DNA from: an uncultured virus (IMG/VR IMGVR_UViG_3300042315_000659)
Taxonomy: Duplodnaviria; Heunggongvirae; Uroviricota; Caudoviricetes
Direction: 5' to 3' (one strand)
Virus record (IMG/VR): IMGVR_UViG_3300042315_000659
DNA length: 64,000 nt
Below the pieces are notes generated by a model. It searched no databases, was not told the origin of the DNA, and saw only the letters and a list, made by a program, of their open reading frames with translations. The position numbers and the translations under genes were made by a program. Each line of letters begins with the position of its first letter. Positions within the stretch are counted from its first letter, which is position 1. Positions 9,548 through 19,067 of this stretch are shown piece after piece.

Positions 9548-9826
9548 CTAATTAATTTGATTTACTAGAAATTCTCGATAAAGTCTTTCACGCTCTATCC
9601 AGAAACGAGCAGAAGGTGTGCCTAGAGCTAATTCCATTTTATAAGCAATACAAACAGTAATTTCTGCTTTACCTTTTATGAGTTGATTAATAGTTTTTTT
9701 CGGCAACTTCATGCGACTAGCAAACTCAGCTCTAGTTATTTCTCTCTCTCTCAAGATTTTAGCAAGGGTTTCTCCTGGCGGAGAAACAAAATCTGGTGTG
9801 TATGTGTTCTCGGTAGTATTAGTCAT
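9548..9826 (-). CDS. HigA-family antitoxin-like HTH protein (orphan)
   Basis: SPPGETL...ITRAEFASRM...INQLIKGKAEIT...A.FW pattern. Confidence 0.8.
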   Translation of the reverse strand: MTNTTENTYTPDFVSPPGETLAKILREREITRAEFASRMKLPKKTINQLIKGKAEITVCIAYKMELALGTPSARFWIERERLYREFLVNQIN

Positions 9827-9849
9827 AGATTTTCGTTAAACTACATATT

Positions 9850-10239
9850 TTACCATATTCCAGGCGGAATTAGACATTTTTGAACACCCCATAAAGCGCA
9901 TTGTTCTTTTTCGTCATCGTCAATCATGTCTTTGGCTATATCCCATCCCGTATGCTGATAGAAAAAGAACATAAACTTAGGTTGAGTCGAAATATTAAAT
10001 TTTTTTAAAATTGCCGTCGTATAATCATTTACTATTTCAGTTTTTAGTAAAAGTTTTTTAGCAATTTCTTTGTTATCAAACCCACGAAGAAAATAAAAAC
10101 AGACCTTTTTTTCTAGAAGAGATAATTGATACCAGCAAAGCCAAAAATGACGAGGGCTTGGAGACATACATTCTTCAATTTCTTCTTCGATTGTTTCTTC
10201 GATTTCTTCCATATATTCTTCCATTGTTTTACTCCTCAT
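9850..10239 (-). CDS. LuxR-type HTH protein
   Basis: LSLLEKKV...GFDNKEIAKKL...V.DY...ILKKF. Confidence 0.7.
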   Translation of the reverse strand: MRSKTMEEYMEEIEETIEEEIEECMSPSPRHFWLCWYQLSLLEKKVCFYFLRGFDNKEIAKKLLLKTEIVNDYTTAILKKFNISTQPKFMFFFYQHTGWDIAKDMIDDDEKEQCALWGVQKCLIPPGIW

Positions 10240-10780
10240 TGATTACAAAAAAATCGTGAACAAAATAATTAACAGCTTTAATAGCTTCTTTGACTCTTGG
10301 AATAAAGTCAATATCTAAGGTAATAAAAATAAAAGGGTCTTCTGTTTTTTTTGTGTTTTCCAGCTTATGGTAGCAGGATATGTCCAGTAGTAAAATATCT
10401 CCCGTTTTTAAGACTAATTTTTGAGTATCTTTTCTTTGGACTAATAAAGAGTTTATTTGATCATCCATACTTTTAAAGGGAGTATAATTTTTCAAGAGTT
10501 TTTCTAAGGTATCATTGTTTACTGTAGAAGAGTAGAGTTCATAGTTGTCACTCTCAACAACTAAAATAATTGAATATTTTTTATCTTCGTCAATGTCGTC
10601 AGTGTGCCATTCTAGCCCCAATGTCCACCATAGAGAATAAGGATCAAACAACTCTGAAAAAGGATTGTTAACCCAATTGTGTTTTGCTCTTGCAGAAAAG
10701 GTAGTAGAACTGCTCAATTCTACTATCTTGTTTAGCTTGTCTAGATTGTGATATTTGCCTAATTTATACAGAGGTTTCAT
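10229..10780 (-). CDS. Putative 2OG-Fe(II) oxygenase/cupin-like protein
   Basis: WHTD and a distal YH after GDILLLD suggest an HxD...H triad. Confidence 0.45.
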   Translation of the reverse strand: MKPLYKLGKYHNLDKLNKIVELSSSTTFSARAKHNWVNNPFSELFDPYSLWWTLGLEWHTDDIDEDKKYSIILVVESDNYELYSSTVNNDTLEKLLKNYTPFKSMDDQINSLLVQRKDTQKLVLKTGDILLLDISCYHKLENTKKTEDPFIFITLDIDFIPRVKEAIKAVNYFVHDFFVINEE

Positions 10781-10813
10781 TTTTTATTTGGTTGATGTTT
10801 ATTGACTGATAAC

Positions 10814-11020
10814 TTACAAATAGATAACTTTTCCTTCAAGTAATTCATTTAAACGGGTTTTAGCCAATTCTTCATCTAATCCTAAATATGCGCTTTCATC
10901 GCTTAAAAATGTTCCTAGTTGTCCTGATTCTCTCAATTTTAGTTGAACACCATATTTTACGGACTGACGCAAAACTTTAATTATTTTACCATGAACTATT
11001 ATATGAGCAGTATCTTGCAT
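10814..11020 (-). CDS. Hypothetical protein
   Basis: 68-aa ORF in the co-oriented cluster. Confidence 0.55.
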   Translation of the reverse strand: MQDTAHIIVHGKIIKVLRQSVKYGVQLKLRESGQLGTFLSDESAYLGLDEELAKTRLNELLEGKVIYL

Positions 11021-11054
11021 TTGCCATCACAATTTTAATGCTTTCAATTTTTTT

Positions 11055-11080
11055 ACTGATAACTGATAACTGATAACTGA
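11055..11080. repeat. Cyanobacterial heptamer tandem repeat (CTGATAA/CTGACAA)n; further copies near 11815, 13636, 13980, 52262, 52548, 55405
   Basis: Intergenic tandem heptamers between minus-strand genes. Confidence 0.7.
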
Positions 11081-11086
11081 TCGAAA

Positions 11087-11533
11087 CTAAGTAAATAATC
11101 TTGATGCAATACTAAGTAAATATATCCATTCTTCTTCAAGCATTAACATCATTCCAGAAGGATCGGGATTAGTAAGTAAGCAAAAGCTTACTTCGTCTAT
11201 GCGATCACCGTCGTAATATAATTCAATGTTGGTTTTTTGAGCCAATCTAAAACTATCGCAGGTTAGCATAGCTATATGTCCCCAAGAATCTCTAAAGCTT
11301 TGATAAGTTAGTTTTAACTTCCAGTCAATAACTGAGGGAAAGTCTTCTTTATGTTCTTCCTTCTTTACCCATTTAGCAATTTCGTCGATTATCCATTCTT
11401 GATCCTTTTGAATAAAATAGTGAATGCCTTCCGAATATCGAAACGGGAATAACTTTGTTTCGTACCACTTTAACTTAAAGTCTTGCGGGTTTGAATCAAT
11501 TTTAGGGAATTGCCCTATATCCATCATTGTCAT
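11087..11533 (-). CDS. Hypothetical protein (DUF6876-like)
   Basis: YSEGIHYF...WIIDEIA...WKL...AMLTCD pattern. Confidence 0.5.
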   Translation of the reverse strand: MTMMDIGQFPKIDSNPQDFKLKWYETKLFPFRYSEGIHYFIQKDQEWIIDEIAKWVKKEEHKEDFPSVIDWKLKLTYQSFRDSWGHIAMLTCDSFRLAQKTNIELYYDGDRIDEVSFCLLTNPDPSGMMLMLEEEWIYLLSIASRLFT

Positions 11534-11567
11534 GGTTTTTACTCCTAAATAATTTGTTTACTGATAA

Positions 11568-11789
11568 CTAATGATTGAGCAGATAATTTTCTAGTTCTTC
11601 TTCCGTGTAATTACATACAGGACGGTAATTTAATTCTTTATGGCAAAGATCGTAAAATTCAGCTTTACTGCCTGCTTTTTCCCATATCCAATGAATCATC
11701 TCACCGTCAATTCCTTGATTAATTGCCCACATATCCGCTTCAATTTTCTCAGATTCATCTTTCCAGTTAGAATTTTGTTGCTGTGTCAT
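11568..11789 (-). CDS. Hypothetical protein
   Basis: 73-aa ORF. Confidence 0.55.
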   Translation of the reverse strand: MTQQQNSNWKDESEKIEADMWAINQGIDGEMIHWIWEKAGSKAEFYDLCHKELNYRPVCNYTEEELENYLLNH

Positions 11790-11841
11790 GATACTTAACT
11801 CTTAGTGGTTTTTACTGACAACTGATAACTGACAACTGATG

Positions 11842-13131
11842 CTATTTTTTGAGAATGAGTTTAGGCTTTTTGTTAAACTCAACTGGCAGGTTTTTTTGCC
11901 GGCAGACAGTCCGGCAATCTGTCCATCTTTTACCGACCTTAGCAAGGTAGGAATCCTGATTCCACTCCACTTTGTACCCCGCCTTTTCGCAGGCTGTCTT
12001 ATAAGGAAGTTGGGATTCCTTCTGTTGAGCAGTAATCTGCTCTTCTTCAGCCCTTTTTAAGGCTTCTAGCTCGTTTTTGCGAGACTTAAAGGCTATGGCT
12101 TCGATTACTGCTTGATGCAGTTCGGTAGCATCCTTCGGAAAGGATTCGTAACCATTCCTTAAATCGCGGCTACGGACTACTACCCGTCTTTCTTCGCCAC
12201 TTGTAAGTCTTATTTGAATCCCTAGAGACAGGGATTCTTCGACAAGTTGGGGGAATTTAGCCCCAAAATCTTCAATTAATTTTTGATTTTCCGAAACTTT
12301 AGGAGCAGGTTCGGGTTCGGAAACTGCTACTTTAGGATTTTCTATATCCCATTTTCTTTTGGTCCAGTACCCAGAATTGTGGTTCAACGCCCAGTCTTTT
12401 TCCGATCTGGGTTTTGGAGGGTTTCTTAATGTTTTGGCTTCCCCACTGGGAAGCTGATAGGTTACGACCCGAACGGTCACATAACCGCCATGGGATCGAG
12501 AACCCATTCCGTCAGATGATGGGGTATCTGACCCCTCGGAATAAAACCTTTCGGTTCTTTCATTGATTACTATGCCGTGTGTCACGACATAATAATCGCT
12601 ATTTTCATAGCGGTCGTATTTTTTTAGCCTGTCTTTGATTGACAGGTAGTTACCCCATTCTTTTTCCCGCGCCTCTTCCCGCGCTTCTACGGCTCTTTTT
12701 TCCGCTTTTTCTCTTTCGGCTTGGCCGGCAATCCAAGCCTCTTTCGCCTTCCTAGAAGCCTCTAAAGAGGCTTCTAAAGAGTCCAGATAATTAATGATTA
12801 TCTGGTTGATTTCATCGTCTTTAAAACCTACTGAGTAGGTTGGGGAATCGATGAGATCGATTTCCCAAGCATCTGCCCACAGATTTCCGTCTGTAGTTAT
12901 TTCCCCGCCTGGCAAATACAAACCGGCGTAATCGCCGTATGTTTGAGCCATTTCTAGCGTAACAGGAATCTCTGCCCAACTGGCAGTGGGCAAAGGGACG
13001 AGGCGGTCTTCAAACCCGTCATTGTACCAGAAGCACTCTCCTTCCCTTACCGCGATCACTTTCCCTTCGAACAATACTCCCCCGTCCTCAGTGTCAAAGG
13101 GGATGTATGCGAGTGTAATTTGAGATTTCAT
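11842..13131 (-). CDS. Hypothetical protein (GC-richer than its flanks)
   Basis: 429-aa ORF directly downstream of the third promoter/operator copy. Confidence 0.75.
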   Translation of the reverse strand: MKSQITLAYIPFDTEDGGVLFEGKVIAVREGECFWYNDGFEDRLVPLPTASWAEIPVTLEMAQTYGDYAGLYLPGGEITTDGNLWADAWEIDLIDSPTYSVGFKDDEINQIIINYLDSLEASLEASRKAKEAWIAGQAEREKAEKRAVEAREEAREKEWGNYLSIKDRLKKYDRYENSDYYVVTHGIVINERTERFYSEGSDTPSSDGMGSRSHGGYVTVRVVTYQLPSGEAKTLRNPPKPRSEKDWALNHNSGYWTKRKWDIENPKVAVSEPEPAPKVSENQKLIEDFGAKFPQLVEESLSLGIQIRLTSGEERRVVVRSRDLRNGYESFPKDATELHQAVIEAIAFKSRKNELEALKRAEEEQITAQQKESQLPYKTACEKAGYKVEWNQDSYLAKVGKRWTDCRTVCRQKNLPVEFNKKPKLILKK

Positions 13132-13166
13132 AGCTTGTTACTTCTCTGTGTTTTGTTTACTCTTCT

Positions 13167-13209
13167 ATATTAGATCATTCTCCCAACAAAGTCAAGTATA
13201 TGGGAGAAT
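13167..13209 (-). promoter_or_regulatory. Third copy of promoter/operator
   Basis: 13147-13233 matches 672-758 at 85/87 nt. Confidence 0.75.
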
Positions 13210-13239
13210 CTTTTTTGAACGTTTGTACTACTTGCTAAT

Positions 13240-13614
13240 CTAAGGCTTTTGTAAGAACAAGCACCCTAGAATCAGTCCGGGGTTATTTTTGTCTCGGACT
13301 AACGCGCCGGGCGCAAGACAGTCCGTGCGTCCTATCTTAGCGGCAGCGGTAGCCACTAATCCTGACACGATATAGTACACCTCCTCCTGATACTCAGGGA
13401 GTCCCTCGATCTCCCCATAAATGACGGATTCAATAGGAATCCCGTCAATTTCCCCTGCGGGGGAATTGCTCATAGAAACACGGGGCAGTATTCCACTCGG
13501 AGGGATACTGCTGATAACTTCAACAGTTTCAGCGAGAAACTGTTTCTTGCTATCCTGTTCTATCCCTTGTTTAGAAACAAGGGTGATAGTGTGAGGGGTT
13601 GCGTTGATGATCAT
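13240..13614 (-). CDS. Conserved phage hypothetical protein
   Basis: IINATPH...GLPE...YYIVS..VA...RTD...P pattern common in phages. Confidence 0.65.
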   Translation of the reverse strand: MIINATPHTITLVSKQGIEQDSKKQFLAETVEVISSIPPSGILPRVSMSNSPAGEIDGIPIESVIYGEIEGLPEYQEEVYYIVSGLVATAAAKIGRTDCLAPGALVRDKNNPGLILGCLFLQKP

Positions 13615-13664
13615 TGTTTACTTCTAATAGTTTTTACTGACAACTGATAACTGATAACTGATAT

Positions 13665-13952
13665 TTAGTCAGGAATATCACACTCATTGCCGTACCCATT
13701 CCAAACTCGACCACCGATCTGCTCATCAATCCATTCTTTTAGACCTGGCGATAATTCAAGTGTTGTAATGACTGAATATGATGCAATTGGATCGTCGAAT
13801 ATTACAATATATTGTTCAGTGTTTTCAATTTGCGGACAAGGTAATAAATTCTCGTAAGTATCTAAAACACATAGTATGTATTTCGTACTGACAATAACAG
13901 CAATTTTGTCGCCTGACCTCGGAGAAAAACCTTCAATGCGAATACCCTTCAT
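13665..13952 (-). CDS. Hypothetical protein
   Basis: 95-aa ORF with GGAG RBS. Confidence 0.6.
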   Translation of the reverse strand: MKGIRIEGFSPRSGDKIAVIVSTKYILCVLDTYENLLPCPQIENTEQYIVIFDDPIASYSVITTLELSPGLKEWIDEQIGGRVWNGYGNECDIPD

Positions 13953-14001
13953 TTTTTTTGACTCCTAAATAATTGTTAGCTGACAACTGATAACTGGTAT
14001 A

Positions 14002-14478
14002 TTAAAACTCTTGCCATGTCATCGGGTCGGTCATTGGTTCGCTGTACCGACTTAAATCCGACGGCTCAGTATCATCATAAATAAAATCGTCATTACTCTC
14101 ATTACTAGGAATCTCATAGTAACGCCCTCCGCAATCGACAAATCCCATCGTAGGAGATAATACAAAAGATTTTTTGACGGGTTGAAATTTAATCTCAGGT
14201 AATTCGCGGTTGGGAAGTTTCCCATCGGGACTAAACCCCCGACTTAATTTGCCATCAAAGGTGTCAAACCACCACTCCTTCCCAGTTTGCTGGCAAGTGA
14301 CTCGAAGGGTTGTTATTTGACCCTCTCCCCATACTTCAAGAGCGACACGGTGCTTTTGACCTTTGGCGATCATAGTAAAATTGCCAGATACGACGGGGAC
14401 GGAGTTAGATTTGACAGAAAGAGAATTGGATGCTAACATGGCTTTTGACCTGATAAGGGTTGACGGAAAGGCGATCAC
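14002..14478 (-). CDS. Hypothetical protein
   Basis: 158-aa ORF; start may be the downstream Met (MLASN). Confidence 0.55.
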   Translation of the reverse strand: MIAFPSTLIRSKAMLASNSLSVKSNSVPVVSGNFTMIAKGQKHRVALEVWGEGQITTLRVTCQQTGKEWWFDTFDGKLSRGFSPDGKLPNRELPEIKFQPVKKSFVLSPTMGFVDCGGRYYEIPSNESNDDFIYDDTEPSDLSRYSEPMTDPMTWQEF

Positions 14479-14602
14479 ACTAATTTGGAGTTGGGAGTGG
14501 TCGTCTTTCTTTATATCTGTATATTACCGCAAAGTCAGCAATATTGTCAAGCATTATTCCAAAAAAAGTTATAATAAATTATAGAGACACAAAACTAATA
14601 CA

Positions 14603-14806
14603 ATGGTACTAAAAAACAGGGTCAAGGAATTTACGCAGTCTAGAGGCATCACAATCTATAAATTCATTCAGCAAACAGGCATTGCGATGTCCACGGGATA
14701 CAAGCTATCTCAGAATCCTAATCACTTGCCGTCTATCACAGTTTTACAGGCAATCTGTGATAGGTACGAGATACAGCCTAACGAAATTGTCTATTGGATT
14801 GATTGA
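14603..14806 (+). CDS. XRE/Cro-type HTH regulator
   Basis: RGITIYKFIQQTGIAMSTGYKL...LQAICD. Confidence 0.8.
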   Translation: MVLKNRVKEFTQSRGITIYKFIQQTGIAMSTGYKLSQNPNHLPSITVLQAICDRYEIQPNEIVYWID

Positions 14807-14826
14807 AAGTGTGATATACTGGCAAA

Positions 14827-14899
14827 GCGGGGGGAGTGAAATGGTTTCCACATAGGCCTCATAAGCCTAAAACACTAGGTTCGACTCCTAGACCCCACA
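14827..14899 (+). tRNA. tRNA with CAT anticodon (Met/Ile2), degenerate acceptor and D stems, possibly pseudo
   Basis: Anticodon arm TAGGC-CTCATAA-GCCTA; T arm CTAGG-TTCGACT-CCTAG; two acceptor mismatches and G instead of U8. Confidence 0.65.
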
Positions 14900-14903
14900 T
14901 TAA

Positions 14904-15197
14904 TCAAGTAAAATTCCAATTAAGAGAATTATCAAATCCTTGAATATCAGCAAGGGATTTTTCTCCTGATTGGGTAAGTCGATAGTATCTTTTTCTAGCA
15001 CCGGCTCTATCGTTAGATCGCTCGGTTCCCCATCGAGATTTAATGAGTCCTTTTTCCTCTAATTTCTGAAATATAGGGTAAAACGAGCCAATATCAAGGC
15101 TTCTACCTTTAGTACTGGCTATAGATTCAATTATCTGTAATCCCGACAATTCTTTATTGTAAAGAGTCTGCAAGACAAGGATTTCTTTAGGGGTCAT
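14904..15197 (-). CDS. PadR-family transcriptional regulator
   Basis: GSFYPIFQKLEEKGLIKSRW...RKRYYRLTQSG. Confidence 0.88.
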   Translation of the reverse strand: MTPKEILVLQTLYNKELSGLQIIESIASTKGRSLDIGSFYPIFQKLEEKGLIKSRWGTERSNDRAGARKRYYRLTQSGEKSLADIQGFDNSLNWNFT

Positions 15198-15271
15198 TTA
15201 AATATGGTATAATATTGATATGCCCCCGCGTTAACGGGGGACTCATCACAATTACTACTACAGAGTAAATC

Positions 15272-15796
15272 ATGACTAATTCTAGTTTACAGCGTTTTGA
15301 TCACGATGGTATTGAATTAATTATTAATACCGAGACCGGTGAGAGCTTTGCCTCAATTAGTGGATATGCCCGGATGTCAGGGAAAATACCTTCAACTATT
15401 TCTCGCCGTTTGACTATGATGGGTTTGCGTGAAAAGGGTCTTGAACAGGCTCAAATCGAGACAGCAGGCGGGTTACAAGGTGTTGCGTTGATACCAGAAA
15501 ATTTAATCTGTCAGTGGTTAATCAAAGACAATCACGAACTAGCCCTAAAAGTAATGCAGTTGGGCGTTCGCTTATTCCTTCACACCTTAGCCGGTTTTCA
15601 GGTCAAAAGTGAGGCAATTGAGACTAACAAGCAACTTGAGAGCCAAGTCGCTAAATTAACTGCCAAAATCGACGAATTGGATTATCGAGAAGTTGACTAT
15701 ATCGATGAAATCCTCGGATTAAAAGACCGAATCAAAGAGATTGAGAGCAAAAACTCTACTCTAGAGGAACAAATCGAGTTAATGGGGGGATATTAA
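15272..15796 (+). CDS. Antirepressor/KilA-N-like protein, paralog of 2038..2742
   Basis: Shared N-terminal domain and LGVRLFLHTLAGF motif. Confidence 0.55.
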   Translation: MTNSSLQRFDHDGIELIINTETGESFASISGYARMSGKIPSTISRRLTMMGLREKGLEQAQIETAGGLQGVALIPENLICQWLIKDNHELALKVMQLGVRLFLHTLAGFQVKSEAIETNKQLESQVAKLTAKIDELDYREVDYIDEILGLKDRIKEIESKNSTLEEQIELMGGY

Positions 15797-15909
15797 GTAA
15801 AAAGCAGTAAACAAAATTATTTACTGCTAAAATAAAAAACAATTGAAATTGACACCATAAATGGTACATAACTGATAAAGCTAACCCCTGTAGAAACTAC
15901 AGGGGTTTT

Positions 15910-15970
15910 TTGTTGTCTAATGTTCGGAGCTTGTTGTCTAATGTTCGGAGCTTGTTGTCTAATGCTCGGA
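15910..15970 (+). repeat. 21-bp tandem repeat, ~3 copies
   Basis: TTGTTGTCTAATGTTCGGAGC x2 plus a partial third copy. Confidence 0.85.
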
Positions 15971-15984
15971 AATTGGCTGGTTGT

Positions 15985-16655
15985 TAGATTGTTAATAGAT
16001 TGTAGATACTCTTATTAACAATGGAACCCTTGATATATATAGATTTCAGACTTTGTTTATATTGTTAGCCTTATTCCTGTGTCAGGATTTTTTGTGTTCT
16101 TGTTGCTGACTTCGATTAATTAGATTGTTAGTTTGTAAATAGATTGTAAATAAGGGTATTTACAAAGATAGAAAAGATGAAAGTATTGATATATATAGCT
16201 TTCATCCTTTTTTTACTTCTTTGTAGATATTGTTGATAATTACCCCGTGTGTATTTTTTTGTTTTACTGTTGAGCCTGGTGTTTTCTTATTGTTGACCTT
16301 GTTTGTTTTCTTTATCTTTTTTCTCTCTATAGAGCATCAACAATATCTACAAAGCCTAAAACCTAGTCGGGGTAAGGGTTTTGATTGTAGATAACCTTAT
16401 TAACAATTGAATTACAAAAAGAACAAATTAGAGATAAAGCACTTCTCGCTTTTAAAATTCTCTGATTAGCCGAAAATACGGCATTTTGTCAATAGAGTCA
16501 GTTTTGCGTTTAATCACTTTTATTGCTGACTTTGCTGTATATCTTCTTTTCTCTCTTTTCCTCTATAAGGCATCGACAATATCTACAAAGTCTAAAGCCT
16601 ATACTCAGCAAGGGTTTCGATTGTCGATAACCTTATTAACAATCTATCTACAACC
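15985..16655. repeat. Dispersed palindromic repeat family, locus B (4 units: two forward, two reverse)
   Basis: 16551-16652 aligns with the reverse complement of ~1550-1650. Confidence 0.75.
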
Positions 16656-16917
16656 TAACAACCGCTCTGTAGTATTTGTAGTATATGTAATACGGATAGA
16701 TAAAAAAAAATACCGCTCCCTCGTAGGGCGGTAATCCAAGTCAATCTTTAAAAAAATTCTCTCATAGTCTTAATAGAATTGTCAAGACAAAAAAATAACC
16801 GCGCTCCCGGGTGCGGTATAAAAGAGCGCGGCGGTGTAAATATGTTTTCCTTTTAATTATATCTCAAAAAAGAAAATTCAAGATATAATAATACAAGAAA
16901 CAGTACACATCTCATCG

Positions 16918-17397
16918 ATGGCTCAAAAAGTCCTTACTGGTAACTATTTTCTTAAAGGGCAATCGTATCCTACGATTGCCAGTGAAATTGTTATTGAGAT
17001 TAAAAAGGGTTCGACTTGGGATGAGGAGTTTTTTATTCAGGGAGATTTTACTACATGGAACATTAATTTTTATGTAGCAAAGCAATTTGGAGAAGATCGC
17101 ATGGCAGTCGGTCGGATCGATGGGTTGCAGTTTGGGGATTTTATTTTACCTGCTAATGAAGAGGGAGAAGACCCAATTGAATATCAAAATTATACTTATT
17201 TTCATTTAATTATCGATAGCAATATCACTGCTGAGATGGACGTTACTCCTGTCGCTTTTAAGGAAATCGGACAGCCAAAAGTGGGAAGAGATTACTGGCA
17301 GGCTGACTTAGAGGCATCTAAAACTATTGCTAATCGGCTCGTTGTTGAACCTTTAGGACTAGATTTAATTCCCGTAGTCGTTAGGGGGGAAGTTTGA
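16918..17397 (+). CDS. Putative virion/baseplate protein
   Basis: First gene of a structural-looking operon; EIKKGSTW pattern. Confidence 0.5.
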   Translation: MAQKVLTGNYFLKGQSYPTIASEIVIEIKKGSTWDEEFFIQGDFTTWNINFYVAKQFGEDRMAVGRIDGLQFGDFILPANEEGEDPIEYQNYTYFHLIIDSNITAEMDVTPVAFKEIGQPKVGRDYWQADLEASKTIANRLVVEPLGLDLIPVVVRGEV

Positions 17398-17840
17398 TGC
17401 CAATTGAAATAACTGGAAGTTCTAGGCAAGTAATTGTTTCAGCTACTCTTGGAGGTGCTGGATGGTCGCCTGTTTTGTCCCTAGTTACTGACGGCCATCG
17501 CCGGGTTTTTCAGGTAGTTAATTGGATAGGAGGTTCGGGTACTCCTCCAGCAACGGGTGGTTATATTGGGCCGTCTGGGCTAGTTTCTTCAATTAGCTCT
17601 GCTGTTGATGTTCGGGGTTCTCCTGGACTACCGGGAGAGGGAAGTGCTTTTTACAAGCATACTCAATCGCCTGCATCTGCAACCTGGACAATTATTCATA
17701 ATTTAGGCTTTGAGCCACAGACTCAAGTTTTTAGTTCAGGGGGAGTAAAAATAGAAGCTTTTGTACAAAACCTTTCTTTAAATACTACTCAAATTATTTT
17801 CAGTAGTCCCTTTAGTGGTTATGCAATTTTATCGAGGTAA
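17394..17840 (+). CDS. Putative tail fibre-associated protein
   Basis: HTQSPASATWTIIHNLG domain; Gly-rich. Confidence 0.6.
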   Translation: MMPIEITGSSRQVIVSATLGGAGWSPVLSLVTDGHRRVFQVVNWIGGSGTPPATGGYIGPSGLVSSISSAVDVRGSPGLPGEGSAFYKHTQSPASATWTIIHNLGFEPQTQVFSSGGVKIEAFVQNLSLNTTQIIFSSPFSGYAILSR

Positions 17841-17842
17841 TT

Positions 17843-18652
17843 ATGACTTTTATTGAATTTTGGTCTGACACTGAATTTAAAGGAAAAATTCGGGCTTCTG
17901 TTGCCCCAGAAAATCCTAACGATTTGGTCAATTTTGGTACTTTAAATGCTCTTCTGGAAGGGTTTGATTACAAGGACGCAGTATTTGCTTCTGCCCCATC
18001 AAATATCAATTTAAATGCTCCTGGCTCGACAATTGGTGGGGCCACGATGACTTTAGCCAACTCTCGCTTTATTGCCGCAAATCAAACTAATAACACAGAG
18101 AACGGACTTTATAATTGGAACGGAGCTTCTGTTGCAGCTACCCGCACTGCTGACGCTAGTACAGGAGCCGAACTCAGAAACGCGATTGTAACTGTTGCCT
18201 CTGGTAGTGGGAATAACGATGAGGGCGTGACTTACAGGCAGATTACTCAATCCGTGACTTTGGGAACTTCTCCTATAATCTGGCAAGTTCATGGGGCCGG
18301 AGTTCCTGACGCAAGTGAAACCACATCGGGTAAAGTACAGCGTGCTACTTTAGCCGAACTAGAAGCGGGAACAGATACAGCCAAATATGTCACCCCTTCC
18401 TTGCTTGCCAGTTGGTCCGGAAGACGGCGATCAGTAACTACTAATCCTTTTGGAGATGGCACTAATACGGTGTTTGTGATCACACATACGCTGACTGATA
18501 CTAATCCCAGCGTAGAAGTAATTCGTAATAGCGGTAATAGAGATACTGTAGGAGTTTTTACGGAACGATTGAGTAATACTTCAATCCGTCTAACTTTTGC
18601 CTCTACAGCAGTACCTTCTGTGAATGGATTTGTAGCTAAATTACTAGCTTAG
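17843..18652 (+). CDS. Putative tail fibre protein
   Basis: NQTNNTENGLY, ASETTSGKVQRAT and GDGTNTVFVITH motifs typical of tail fibre repeats. Confidence 0.7.
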   Translation: MTFIEFWSDTEFKGKIRASVAPENPNDLVNFGTLNALLEGFDYKDAVFASAPSNINLNAPGSTIGGATMTLANSRFIAANQTNNTENGLYNWNGASVAATRTADASTGAELRNAIVTVASGSGNNDEGVTYRQITQSVTLGTSPIIWQVHGAGVPDASETTSGKVQRATLAELEAGTDTAKYVTPSLLASWSGRRRSVTTNPFGDGTNTVFVITHTLTDTNPSVEVIRNSGNRDTVGVFTERLSNTSIRLTFASTAVPSVNGFVAKLLA

Positions 18653-18656
18653 TATT

Positions 18657-19067
18657 GTGAAAGAATTTCTCGGTCCTACTGACACTTTAGATTCGATCGC
18701 TACAGCCCGATGGGTTTCTACTCGGTTGCAAAGCGAGATAGTAACTATTACGAACATTTCTGCTGCACAGCAGATTCCTGTTACTTCTTTTCTAAGAGAA
18801 ATTACTCTTTTAGAAGTGCGAAACTTACGTACTTCTGCGGGAAGTGCTACAATAACTTTTAGCTTTGGCAGTGGTGCTTCTTTTGGGGCAATACCAGGAC
18901 TATCTAGCCTATCTCTTACTACTGCTCGGGCTAGTTTTATCGTTTCTGGGCAAGGACAAATTATTACTACTGCTCAAGAAATTCGATTCGATATTACCAG
19001 CGTTACTGGTGGACCATTGAGTATCCCTTTTTTGTTAATTTTTCGCGAAACACCGTCGCTAACTTAA
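18657..19067 (+). CDS. Putative structural protein
   Basis: Beta-rich ORF in the tail operon. Confidence 0.5.
   Translation: MKEFLGPTDTLDSIATARWVSTRLQSEIVTITNISAAQQIPVTSFLREITLLEVRNLRTSAGSATITFSFGSGASFGAIPGLSSLSLTTARASFIVSGQGQIITTAQEIRFDITSVTGGPLSIPFLLIFRETPSLT

Noticed and set aside
15910..15970. CRISPR-like array
   Set aside because: Contiguous 21-bp tandem units with no spacers
16486..16734. 82-aa ORF
   Set aside because: Lies over the non-coding repeat unit; TTG start; likely spurious
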